A stretch of DNA of 26,282 nt from Pseudomonadota bacterium (lineage in GTDB: Bacteria; Pseudomonadota; Alphaproteobacteria; UBA828; JAPUJA01), in assembly GCA_027296525.1 (NCBI GenBank), contig JAPUJA010000272.1:1-26282 (forward strand), written 5' to 3'. The notes beneath the pieces are model-generated. The model searched no databases, had not been told where the DNA came from, and was given only the letters and a program-made list of their open reading frames with translations. This document shows positions 9,108 to 18,105 of this stretch, piece after piece. The first letter of the stretch is position 1, and the number at the start of each line of letters is the position of its first letter. Both the position numbers and the translations under genes were made by a program.

Positions 9108-12100
9108 TCTCGCTCGAGGATCTCTTTGGTGAACCGGGGACGCGCCTGATATCGAGCGCGCCGACGGGTTGCGACGCGTTCATCATCGGCCGCATCTCCC
9201 GGGCGCTGGCCCCCGTTACCGTCCTTCATGTTGCGCGAGACGATGTCCGGCTCGCACGCATGGCCGACGCGCTCCAATTCTTCGCGCCCGAGGCAGGCCG
9301 GCTCACCTTTCCCGCATGGGACTGCCAGCCCTACGATCGCATCTCGCCCCGTGCCGACATCGCGAGCCGCCGCCTGGAGACTCTGGCCCGCCTGGCCCAG
9401 CCCGAGGCCAACGGCGACGGGTCGAGCCGCGTCGTGCTTACGACCATCAACGCGCTCCTGCAGCGCGTGCCGCCGCGTGAGCTCATCGCCGGCAAGCTCT
9501 TGACCGTTTCGCCCGGGAGCACGTTCTCCCGCGAGCGGCTGATCGATTACCTCTTGAGCAACGGCTACAGCTCGGCGGGGACCGTCGTCGAGGCCGGCGA
9601 GTACGCCGTGCGGGGCGGTCTCATCGATCTTTTCCCTCCGGGGGCGAGCGACCCCATCCGACTCGATTTCTTCGGCGAGACCATCGAGTCGATGCGCCGT
9701 TTCGATGCCGCGACCCAGCGCAGCAAGGAATCGGTCGATGAGCTTCGGCTGTTTCCGGTCAGCGAGCTGTTCACCGATCCCGAAACACGCGCCCGTTTCA
9801 AGACCGGGTATCACGAGCTCTTCGGAGCCGTCATGGGCGACGATCCGCTCTACGAGTCGATCTCCGCCGGTCGGAAGTATCCCGGCATGGAGCACTGGTT
9901 GCCGCTCTTCCACGAACGCCTGGAGACGCTCTTCGATTACCTGCCCGATGCGCTCATCACCCTCGACCATCTGGTCGAAGATTCTCGGGATGCGCGTATC
10001 GCGACGATCGTGGATCACTATGAGGCCCGCCTTGAGGCGCCGGAGGCGGCCGTCGGCGGGACGGTTCCGGCCTATAACCCGGTTCCGCCCGAGCGACTCT
10101 ACCTGACAGCCAGGGAATGGGATGAACGGATGGCCGCGCGTGCGGTCGCGCAATTTTTTCCGTTCGCGCGTCCACCGGTCGAAGGCGAGCGCATCTTCGA
10201 CGCCGGGGGCAAGCAAGCCGGCGATTTTTCCGCCGAGCGCGCGGAGGCCGGCGGCGTCCTGTTCGATGCCGTGGCCCGTGCGATCGAGAACCACCGGCGG
10301 CAGGGAAAACACGTGGTCATCGCCGCCCACAGCGCCGGCACCCTCGACCGGCTGCGCAAGCTGTTGAGCGGCCACGGGCTGCCCGATCCGCCCCAGGTGG
10401 AGACCTGGGCCGAGGTCGCGGCGATGGCGGAACCATCCCTGGCGCTCGCGCTGCTTCCCCTCGAACACGGTTTCGAGACCGCCGAGTTCATCGTCATCGG
10501 CGAGCAGGACATCCTCGGCGATCGCCTGATCCGCCGTCCCACCCGAAAGCGGCGCTCGGAAGACTTCCTGGCGAGCGCCTCGGAGATCTCAAAGGGCGAT
10601 CTGGTTGTGCATATGGAGCATGGCATTGGGCGTTTCGACGGCTTGGCGATCCTCGAGGTGGCCGGCGCGCGACACGACTGCTTGCGCCTGCTTTATGACG
10701 GCGGCGATCGGCTTTTTCTCCCGGCCGAAAATATCGAGGTCCTGTCGCGCTACGGATCAGAGGATCAACCCGTGGTGCTCGACAAGCTGGGAGGAGCCTC
10801 CTGGCAGGCGCGGACATCGCGTCTGAAGCGGCGGATCCGCGATATGGCGGACGAGCTCGTCCGCATCGCGGCCGAGCGTACCTTGAAGCCAGCACCCCGC
10901 TTGGCGCCGCAGGACGGTCTCTACGAGGAGTTCTGCGCGCGTTTCCCGCACACCGAGACCGAAGATCAGGCACAGGCGATCGACGAGACGCTCAGCGATT
11001 TGGCGTCGGGTCGGCCGATGGACCGCTTGATTTGCGGCGACGTCGGTTTCGGCAAAACCGAAGTGGCCTTGCGCGCGGCATTTGTCACCGCAATGGCGGG
11101 AAAGCAAATCGCCGTCGTCGTGCCGACGACGCTGCTCTGCCGGCAACATTTTGAGACCTTCCGCGCGCGCTTCACAGGCCTCCCGGTGAACATCGCTCCG
11201 CTCTCGCGGCTGGTCCCGGCGAAGCGAACGGCTGAGGTGAAGGCGGGGCTCGCCACAGGCGAAATCGATATCGTAATCGGCACGCACGCGCTCTTGAGCA
11301 AGCAAATGAGCTTTCACGATCTCGGCCTTCTCGTGATCGATGAAGAGCAGCATTTCGGCGTCACCCACAAGGAACGTCTGAAACAGCTCAAGAGCAATGT
11401 CCATGTGCTGGCCATGACGGCCACCCCGATACCTCGAACGTTGCAACTCGCGCTGAGCGGCGTGCGTGAAATGAGCGTGATCGCGACCCCGCCGGTCGAT
11501 CGCCTGGCCGTGCGTACCTATATCCTCCCATTCGATGCCGTGGCGATCCGCGACGCCCTGCTGCGCGAACATTATCGAAGCGGCCAGTCGTTCTATGTCT
11601 GCCCGCGGATCTCCGATATCGAACGGGTCGCTCAACGGGTGCGCCGGCTCGTGCCGGAAGTGAAGGTCGCAACCGCCCATGGCCGCATGCCCGCGCGCGC
11701 CCTCGAGGACGTGATGACCGCCTACTATGACGGTGCCTATGACGTGCTCGTGGTGACGGCGATCATCGAGTCAGGCCTCGATATCCCGGCGGCAAACACG
11801 ATGATCATTCACCGCGCCGACATGTTCGGTCTCGCGCAGCTTTACCAGCTGCGCGGACGGATCGGCCGTGCCAAGGTGCGCGCCTACGCTTACCTGACGC
11901 TCGAACCCGAGCGCTCGATCACGGCGGCGGCGGAGAAACGTCTCGGCGTCCTGCACAAGCTCGACAGCCTGGGCGCGGGCTTCAACCTGGCGAGCTACGA
12001 TCTCGATATTCGCGGCGCCGGAAACCTGCTGGGCGCCGAGCAATCGGGGCACATCCGCGAGGTCGGTATCGAGCTCTATCAGCATCTCATCGAGCAGGCC

Positions 12101-12631
12101 GTCGCCGAGGCACGGCAAGAAGCCGGCGTCGCGACCCACGTGCCCCGTGTGGCGTGGACGCCCCAGATCAATATCGGCGCCTCGGTCCTGATCCCGGAGG
12201 ACTACGTCTCCGATCTCGGCATCCGCCTTGGGCTCTATCGGCGCATCGCCCAGCTCGAAGCGCGCGACGAGATCGACGCCTTCGCCGCCGAGCTCGCGGA
12301 TCGCTTCGGTCCGGTGCCCGACGAGGTCAATCATCTGCTCGAGATCGTGGCGATCAAGCATCTCTGCCGTGAGGCCGGGGTCGAAAAGATCGAGGCCGGG
12401 CCCAAGGGCGCCTCACTCACCTTCCGCGACAAGGTGTTTGCCGCACCCGAACGGCTCGTCGGCTTCATCGCCGATCCCGTCAATCGGATGAATCTGCGCC
12501 CGGACTCGACTCTCGTGGCGCGCCGGACCTGGGGCAGCGCAGCCGAACGGCTCGAAGGCGCGAGCAACCTGCTGGGCGAGCTCGTCGCGCTCGCGCGTTC
12601 CGACGAGGCCCAGGACGTCGGGGTGGCCTAG
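9104..12631 (+). CDS. mfd: Transcription-repair coupling factor Mfd
   Basis: UvrB-like N-terminus (FPAWDCQPYDRISP), RID (DLVVHMEHGIGRF), GDVGFGKT, DEEQHFG, QLYQLRGRIGR, DLDIRGAGNLLG; GTG start overlaps sdhE TGA (GTGA). Confidence 0.97.
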   Translation: MISLEDLFGEPGTRLISSAPTGCDAFIIGRISRALAPVTVLHVARDDVRLARMADALQFFAPEAGRLTFPAWDCQPYDRISPRADIASRRLETLARLAQPEANGDGSSRVVLTTINALLQRVPPRELIAGKLLTVSPGSTFSRERLIDYLLSNGYSSAGTVVEAGEYAVRGGLIDLFPPGASDPIRLDFFGETIESMRRFDAATQRSKESVDELRLFPVSELFTDPETRARFKTGYHELFGAVMGDDPLYESISAGRKYPGMEHWLPLFHERLETLFDYLPDALITLDHLVEDSRDARIATIVDHYEARLEAPEAAVGGTVPAYNPVPPERLYLTAREWDERMAARAVAQFFPFARPPVEGERIFDAGGKQAGDFSAERAEAGGVLFDAVARAIENHRRQGKHVVIAAHSAGTLDRLRKLLSGHGLPDPPQVETWAEVAAMAEPSLALALLPLEHGFETAEFIVIGEQDILGDRLIRRPTRKRRSEDFLASASEISKGDLVVHMEHGIGRFDGLAILEVAGARHDCLRLLYDGGDRLFLPAENIEVLSRYGSEDQPVVLDKLGGASWQARTSRLKRRIRDMADELVRIAAERTLKPAPRLAPQDGLYEEFCARFPHTETEDQAQAIDETLSDLASGRPMDRLICGDVGFGKTEVALRAAFVTAMAGKQIAVVVPTTLLCRQHFETFRARFTGLPVNIAPLSRLVPAKRTAEVKAGLATGEIDIVIGTHALLSKQMSFHDLGLLVIDEEQHFGVTHKERLKQLKSNVHVLAMTATPIPRTLQLALSGVREMSVIATPPVDRLAVRTYILPFDAVAIRDALLREHYRSGQSFYVCPRISDIERVAQRVRRLVPEVKVATAHGRMPARALEDVMTAYYDGAYDVLVVTAIIESGLDIPAANTMIIHRADMFGLAQLYQLRGRIGRAKVRAYAYLTLEPERSITAAAEKRLGVLHKLDSLGAGFNLASYDLDIRGAGNLLGAEQSGHIREVGIELYQHLIEQAVAEARQEAGVATHVPRVAWTPQINIGASVLIPEDYVSDLGIRLGLYRRIAQLEARDEIDAFAAELADRFGPVPDEVNHLLEIVAIKHLCREAGVEKIEAGPKGASLTFRDKVFAAPERLVGFIADPVNRMNLRPDSTLVARRTWGSAAERLEGASNLLGELVALARSDEAQDVGVA

Positions 12632-14346
12632 GAGCAACCTCGGCCGAGATGCGCGTAGGCCGGCAGGGTGGTCAGGCGATCGTCCTCGAGCGCGCCTCCG
12701 ACGGTGAAGTGGTACAGGCTCTGCCACTCCTCCGACCCGAGGCCGAGGAGACGATGGACGAGATCGTCGAAATAGCAGCCGATGCCGGTCGCGCGGACAC
12801 CCGCCGCCTCGGCCTGAAGATAGAGAGCCTGGCCGATCAAGCCGCACTCCCAGAACAGGCGACGGTAGGCCCAGGAACCCTCCTCTTCGAGAGTGCGGGC
12901 AAAATCGGCCACCATCGCCAGGCTGAAGGCGCCGTCGGCGGCGATCTCCTGGAGGCAACTTGCTTGGGCCGCCGCCGGGCGGAAATCGCCGAGCGCGAGC
13001 GCGTAGAGCGGCAGGGACGCGAGCTCCACATCGAGCCAGGCGAACTTCCGATGGCAGGCGGCGCGCAGCGCCGAGCGCCGATCCCCATCGCGCATCAGCA
13101 TGTAGAGGCCCGCGGGCAGATCCTCGACCCGGTGGACGAACAGGGCGAGCTGCACCCGGGCCGGGAAGCCGACGCTTTGCCAGGGCGGCCTCGCGGGGTC
13201 GGGCAGGGCGGCCGCCATCATGGCGACGAAATTCGAGCGCGCCAGGCCGGTTTGCCCATCCAGGGCGACGGCGCTCCGGCGTCGGCGGATGAGCCGCGCC
13301 GCGCTTAGGCCGTCCGATCGGGCGGGGGTGGGCGCGGCGGCCAACGGGGGCGCAGCCGTGAGCGGCGTCGAGTCGCCGGTCCGGGGTTTGGTCGCGGCGC
13401 GGGCGACGACCGGGATCTCCGACCAGTCGACGTGGCTCTGGCTCAGCCGGTTGGCCTGCCCGCGCCACGCGCCCTGGCGCACGACGCCGTCGAGCGGCAA
13501 CGGAACGCTTTCGCTGCCTGTGGGATTCGTGAGGACAGCCGCCAGCAGCTCGGGCGCTTCCGGCTCGGCCTGGGCGAAATCGCCCTGCCGTTCGAGGCCG
13601 AGCAGGCCTGAAATGTCGGCGTCCGAAACATGCGAAAGCAACCACACCCGCCAGCCGAGGGCCGCCGCCGCGAAACTCAACGCGCCCAGGGCATGGCCCA
13701 CATCGTGCTGGCAGTAGCGATAGGCCCGCTGGCCGTATTTCCAGGCCTCCCGCCAATGGACCGAGCTGAGGCCCGCGAGGAAGGCCAGCGCCGGAGGATC
13801 GCCTGAGAGCGCGCTCCAGGCATCGGCGCCGAGCCGCGCGCGCTCCTCGAGGGCGTGCTCGCGGGGCGCGTAGTGGTAGACGCCGGGCCGATCGGAGATG
13901 CCGGGCAAAGCCGGAATGAGCAGATAGCCTTCGGTCGGATGGAGGTTGCCGCTCGAGGGATTGCCGCGCAGAGCCCATTTCGTGCCCTGAAAGCTCTTCC
14001 ATGCCGTGATCCCGAGGCTGAGCTCGAGAAATAGCCCGAGCGTCTGGCGCGTCAGGGGGCGCGGGCGGATGGCGCCGGGTCTGACGAGGGCGTCGAAGAG
14101 CGGCGTGTCGTCATCCGCGGCCAGGGGAAGCGGCACCTCGTGCGCGCCGGCGAATCGGCGAAACGGCTCCGGCTGATTCGCCCAGTCGAGATAACCGGGG
14201 CCTTCCGCATAATGACCGAGGGCATGCTTGCTGAGCCGGTGATAACGCCACACCGCCGCAAGGGGCGCCGATCGCCCGGGGCGTCGCTCGCTGGCCTTCG
14301 AGGCCGTGCTCAAGGACTCGCTCGCCGCCGGTATCCGGTCTTGCAA
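12628..14346 (-). CDS. SagB/ThcOx-type nitroreductase-superfamily flavoprotein with two nitroreductase domains
   Basis: YHRLSKH...YLDWANQPEPFRRF, LRGNPSSGNLHPTEGY, WKYGQRAYRYCQHDVGH, second domain LIRRRRSA...YRRLFWECGLIGQALYLQAEAAGVRATGIGCYFDD. Start (TTG 14346) uncertain, no clear SD. Confidence 0.85.
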   Translation of the reverse strand: MQDRIPAASESLSTASKASERRPGRSAPLAAVWRYHRLSKHALGHYAEGPGYLDWANQPEPFRRFAGAHEVPLPLAADDDTPLFDALVRPGAIRPRPLTRQTLGLFLELSLGITAWKSFQGTKWALRGNPSSGNLHPTEGYLLIPALPGISDRPGVYHYAPREHALEERARLGADAWSALSGDPPALAFLAGLSSVHWREAWKYGQRAYRYCQHDVGHALGALSFAAAALGWRVWLLSHVSDADISGLLGLERQGDFAQAEPEAPELLAAVLTNPTGSESVPLPLDGVVRQGAWRGQANRLSQSHVDWSEIPVVARAATKPRTGDSTPLTAAPPLAAAPTPARSDGLSAARLIRRRRSAVALDGQTGLARSNFVAMMAAALPDPARPPWQSVGFPARVQLALFVHRVEDLPAGLYMLMRDGDRRSALRAACHRKFAWLDVELASLPLYALALGDFRPAAAQASCLQEIAADGAFSLAMVADFARTLEEEGSWAYRRLFWECGLIGQALYLQAEAAGVRATGIGCYFDDLVHRLLGLGSEEWQSLYHFTVGGALEDDRLTTLPAYAHLGRGCS

Positions 14347-14412
14347 ACGCTGGCGCTTGGCGCGAATCCGGGCATGGGCACAACGCTCGGTCGTCGAAAA
14401 CCGGCGAAAGGC

Positions 14413-14739
14413 TCAGGCGAGTTCGTTGACCTTGGCCGCCATGATGAAGTCGTTTTCGTGTAAGCCTTTGATTTTGTGTGTGTAAAAGAGCACCTCGCAA
14501 TAACCCCATCCGACCCGCAGGTCGGGATGGTGGCCTTCGGCCTCCGCGAGCTCGGCCACTTTCTGGGCGAATTCCATGGCCTGGGCAAAATCGGCGAAGT
14601 CGAACTTGCGCTCGATTTTGGCTGCGCCGTCAAGCAGTTGCCAGCCCGGTGTTTGCGTCAAGAGTGCCTCGGCCTCGGCGGGCTTGAGGGGTGGAACCCC
14701 TCCCCGGCAGGGAACGCAGGTCTTCGCCGTCAGGCCCAT
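14413..14739 (-). CDS. phhB: Pterin-4a-carbinolamine dehydratase (PCD/PhhB family)
   Basis: KTCVPCRGG N-terminal CxPC motif, AEAEGHHPD catalytic His pair, YTHKIKGLHENDFIMAAK C-terminus; AGGGGG SD upstream of ATG 14739. Confidence 0.92.
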   Translation of the reverse strand: MGLTAKTCVPCRGGVPPLKPAEAEALLTQTPGWQLLDGAAKIERKFDFADFAQAMEFAQKVAELAEAEGHHPDLRVGWGYCEVLFYTHKIKGLHENDFIMAAKVNELA

Positions 14740-14749
14740 GGGTCATCCC

Positions 14750-14845
14750 CCCTAAAAAAGTTTCTAGTAATAGCGAGTTTTAAGATGTTATGGCTATGAG
14801 CTCTCAGCTAGGTTTAATTTTACGCCTTTTTGTCTATTTAGTGCG
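14750..14845. promoter_or_regulatory. AT-rich divergent control region between phhB and dxr
   Basis: About 95 nt of markedly low GC (ctaaaaaagtttctagtaatag...tttttgtctattta) within a 275-nt gap between divergently oriented genes. Confidence 0.55.
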
Positions 14846-15014
14846 CCTCCCCAACAACGGCGACCCGCCGGTTCGAAGATTGTGAGTTGCGTGACTTAAC
14901 GCATGCTGGAAATATACTCTCAAGGGGCCGGCGTTCCACCGGGGGGCGATCATTGACGATACCGAGAGGGATGGCGCGCGCGAGGAGGCAGGTCCGCTCG
15001 AGCGCTTTCAGCGC

Positions 15015-16181
15015 ATGGAACCGAGAAGCATAACTATCCTGGGTTCGACGGGATCGGTCGGCTGTAACACGATCGATCTGATCGAACGTAATCCGGCGGC
15101 TTATCGGATCGAAGCCCTGACGGCCAATCAAAACGTCGAGGTTCTCGCCAAGCAGGCGAGGCGTCTTAAGCCGCGCTTGGCGGTGATCACCGAGGAATCG
15201 AAATACGAAGCGCTCAAGGACGCTCTTTGGGGAACCAACATCGCCGTGGCCTCGGGGCGTGCCGCGTTGCGCGAGGCGGCCGAGATGCCCGCCGATTGGG
15301 TCATGGCGGCGATCGTCGGCGCCGCCGGGCTCGAACCCACACTCGCCGCGATATCTCGGGGCGTAATCGTCGCTCTGGCCAACAAGGAATGCCTTGCCTG
15401 CGCCGGCGAGCTCGTGATGCAGGAAGTACGCGCGAACGGCACCACCCTGCTGCCCGTGGATTCCGAGCACAATGCGATTTTTCAGGTGTTCGAGTTCGAG
15501 CGCCACGAATCGGTGGAGCGGCTGATCCTGACCGCTTCGGGTGGACCTTTCCGCTCGATGGACCGGGATCAGATGGCGTCGGTCACGGCCGAACAGGCGG
15601 TCGCCCATCCGAACTGGGATATGGGCGCGAAGATCTCCGTCGATTCGGCCACGATGATGAACAAGGGCCTCGAAATGATCGAGGCCTATCATTTGTTCCC
15701 GGTCGACGCCGAGCAGATCGAGGTGGTGATCCACCCGCAATCGGTGGTTCACAGCCTGGTCGCTTATATCGACGGATCGGTCCTCGCACAGCTCGGTTCG
15801 CCGGACATGCGCACCCCCATCGCCTACACCCTCGGATGGCCCAAGCGCATCCCCGCGCCGGCGCCCAAGCTCGATCTGGCGGCGCTTGGAAGCCTGACCT
15901 TCGAGCGGCCCGATGCCGAGCGTTTTCCGGCCCTCAGGCTCGCGCACGCCGCCCTCGAAACGGGCGGTGGGGCGCCGACCATACTCAACGCCGCCAACGA
16001 GATCGCCGTGCATGGCTTTCTGAAGGGCGAGATCGGCTTTCTCCAGATCACCGAGGTCGTCGAACACACTCTCGGCAAGCTGAACAACGGGAGCTTGGCA
16101 TCATTGGACGACGTGATCGCGTTGGACCAGGACGCCCGCGCGAAGGCGCAGGCCTATATGGCCAACGGAATGTCGCGATAG
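15015..16181 (+). CDS. dxr: 1-deoxy-D-xylulose 5-phosphate reductoisomerase
   Basis: ILGSTGSVG, ALANKE, PVDSEHNAI, LTASGGPFR, HPNWDMGAKISVDSATMMNKGLE, LNAANEIAV. Confidence 0.97.
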   Translation: MEPRSITILGSTGSVGCNTIDLIERNPAAYRIEALTANQNVEVLAKQARRLKPRLAVITEESKYEALKDALWGTNIAVASGRAALREAAEMPADWVMAAIVGAAGLEPTLAAISRGVIVALANKECLACAGELVMQEVRANGTTLLPVDSEHNAIFQVFEFERHESVERLILTASGGPFRSMDRDQMASVTAEQAVAHPNWDMGAKISVDSATMMNKGLEMIEAYHLFPVDAEQIEVVIHPQSVVHSLVAYIDGSVLAQLGSPDMRTPIAYTLGWPKRIPAPAPKLDLAALGSLTFERPDAERFPALRLAHAALETGGGAPTILNAANEIAVHGFLKGEIGFLQITEVVEHTLGKLNNGSLASLDDVIALDQDARAKAQAYMANGMSR

Positions 16182-16221
16182 GCCGCTCGGCTCTTCACGA
16201 CATCCACGTTCATCCCATGCA

Positions 16222-17148
16222 ATGACAACCACCGAGCAAAACGAAGCCCTGAGGGCGGGGGAACCGCTTGCGGGGGTCGTGCGCGGGGGCGAATCGTCGG
16301 GCGCCGGCGGACGCGCGCAGCTCGATTCCGACGCCGTCCGGCGTCTCATCGTCGAGAACACCGAGAACTTTCCGGTCGGCTCCTTTCTCATTCCGCCCGA
16401 TTGTCGGCCCCATGTCTACGCCTTCTACCAATATGCGCGGAACGCCGACGATATTGCTGATTCGGCGACACTTTCTGTGGAGGAGAAGCTTCGCCGCCTG
16501 AACCCGGCCCACGACGCGCTGGGGGTCGATGAAGGGGCGCTTCCCGATTGGGCGGTGTCCTACCACCGCAGCCTGATCGAAACCGGCAACACGCCTCGGC
16601 ACGGGCGCGACCTCCTCTCCGCCTTCATCCAGGACGTCACCAAGCTCCGTTACCGCGATTGGGACGACCTGGTGGACTATTGCATGCGTTCGGCCGCATC
16701 CGTCGGGCGCGTGATGATGGACATCCACGGCGAAACCGATGCCGATTTCGAGGGCTCGGACGCGCTTTGCAACGCGCTCCAGGTGCTCAATCACCTGCAG
16801 GACTGCAAGAAGGATTATCTCAACCTGGATCGCGTCTATCTGCCGGAACCCTGGCTCCAGGAAGAAGGCGGCTCGGTGGAGGATCTCGCCTTGCCTTCGG
16901 CGACGCCCGCGGTGCGCCGGGTGATCGAGCGTTGTCTGGACGGGACCGACGATTTGCTCGCCCGCGCCCAGACCATGCCGCCGTCCGTCCGCCGCCGGGG
17001 GCTTCGTCTCGAGAGCGCGCTCATCCTCGCGCTGGCCAAGAAATTATCTGGGCGCCTGCGCCGTGAGGACCCGCTGGCCCGGCGCGTCAAGGTGTCGAAG
17101 GCCGGTTGGATTCTGTGCGGCGTGAAGGGCGCGCTCACCTCATGGTAG
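16222..17148 (+). CDS. hpnC: Squalene synthase subunit HpnC (hydroxysqualene synthase)
   Basis: ENFPVGSFL N-terminal signature, YARNADDIAD, LLSAFIQDVTKLRYRDWDDLVDYCMRSAASVGR, LQVLNHLQD...DRVYLP. Confidence 0.9.
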   Translation: MTTTEQNEALRAGEPLAGVVRGGESSGAGGRAQLDSDAVRRLIVENTENFPVGSFLIPPDCRPHVYAFYQYARNADDIADSATLSVEEKLRRLNPAHDALGVDEGALPDWAVSYHRSLIETGNTPRHGRDLLSAFIQDVTKLRYRDWDDLVDYCMRSAASVGRVMMDIHGETDADFEGSDALCNALQVLNHLQDCKKDYLNLDRVYLPEPWLQEEGGSVEDLALPSATPAVRRVIERCLDGTDDLLARAQTMPPSVRRRGLRLESALILALAKKLSGRLRREDPLARRVKVSKAGWILCGVKGALTSW

Positions 17149-18011
17149 CGGCGCTCGAACCGCGCACAGACGACGATCCCAAGCGCTATGTCGCCAAGGT
17201 CGTACGGGCCTCAGGCAGTTCCTTCGCCAGGCCGATGCTGGTGCTGCCGCGAGCCAAACGCGAGTCGATGCTCGCGCTCTATGCCTTTTGCCGCGAGACG
17301 GACGACGTCGTCGACGAAATCGAAGATCCCGAGGAGGCCTTACGCCAACTCGACGCTTGGCGTGCGGAGCTCGATGCCCTTTATCGCGGGGTGCCGAGCC
17401 ATCCGGTGACCCGCGCTCTGGCCGGACCGGTCGCCGCCCTGGATCTCCCGAAACGCTACTTTACCGAGATTCTCAATGGCTTCGACATGGATCGGTCCGG
17501 CGCCATGTGTCGCCCGGACATGGAGACTCTCGAGCGCTACTGTTTTTGCGTGGCGGGCTGCGTGGGTCTCATCTCGGTCGAGATTTTTGGCTACCAGGAT
17601 CGGCGCATCCCTGAATTCGCGGAGCAGCTGGGCCACGCCTTTCAGCTCACCAACATCCTGCGCGATATCGAGGAGGACGCCCGGCGCGGCCGGATCTATC
17701 TGCCGATCGAGCTTCTGCAACGCCACGGGCTGGCGGAGCTTCCGCCCGAGGAGCTGTTGGCGGCCGCGGCTTTGCCAGAGGTGTGCGCCGAGCTCGGCGC
17801 GCTTGCGCGTCGGCGCTTCGCCGCGGCGGCCACGGCGCTCGCGCCTTCCGAAATCCGTTCGATGCGCCCGGCCCTCCTGATGCGGGCGATCTACGAAACC
17901 TACCTCGATCGCATGGAGGCAAGCGGCTGGCGCCTGAGCGGCGACGAGGTTCGCCTGGGCCGGGCGAGCAAGCTCTGGCTGCTGCTGCGCGCCTTCATCA
18001 CCACCATCTGA
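17142..18011 (+). CDS. hpnD: Presqualene diphosphate synthase HpnD
   Basis: SGSSF...LYAFCRETDDVVD, YCFCVAGCVG, LGHAFQLTNILRDIEEDARRGRIYLP; ATG 17142 overlaps the hpnC end (TAG 17146-17148). Confidence 0.9.
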   Translation: MVAALEPRTDDDPKRYVAKVVRASGSSFARPMLVLPRAKRESMLALYAFCRETDDVVDEIEDPEEALRQLDAWRAELDALYRGVPSHPVTRALAGPVAALDLPKRYFTEILNGFDMDRSGAMCRPDMETLERYCFCVAGCVGLISVEIFGYQDRRIPEFAEQLGHAFQLTNILRDIEEDARRGRIYLPIELLQRHGLAELPPEELLAAAALPEVCAELGALARRRFAAAATALAPSEIRSMRPALLMRAIYETYLDRMEASGWRLSGDEVRLGRASKLWLLLRAFITTI

Positions 18012-18105
18012 AGGCGCCACGGACGGCGACCCCCGCGCCAGCCGGACGCACCCGATTCGCCTGTTCGAATGATGTTGGCCCGGCGCGGTCGCGCGGATCG
18101 CCGAT

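Noticed and set aside
12628-14346. Thiazole/oxazole RiPP (TOMM) cluster suggested by the SagB-like domain
   Set aside because: No YcaO cyclodehydratase, precursor peptide, protease or exporter nearby.
14385-14415. Selenocysteine recoding of the PCD TGA
   Set aside because: Only a weak hairpin follows, the TGA is at the normal PCD C-terminus, and it does not align with a Cys position.
16222-18011. Carotenoid phytoene synthases (crtB)
   Set aside because: Tandem pair with the HpnC ENFPVGS signature plus nearby hpnA and shc; no crtI or crtE.
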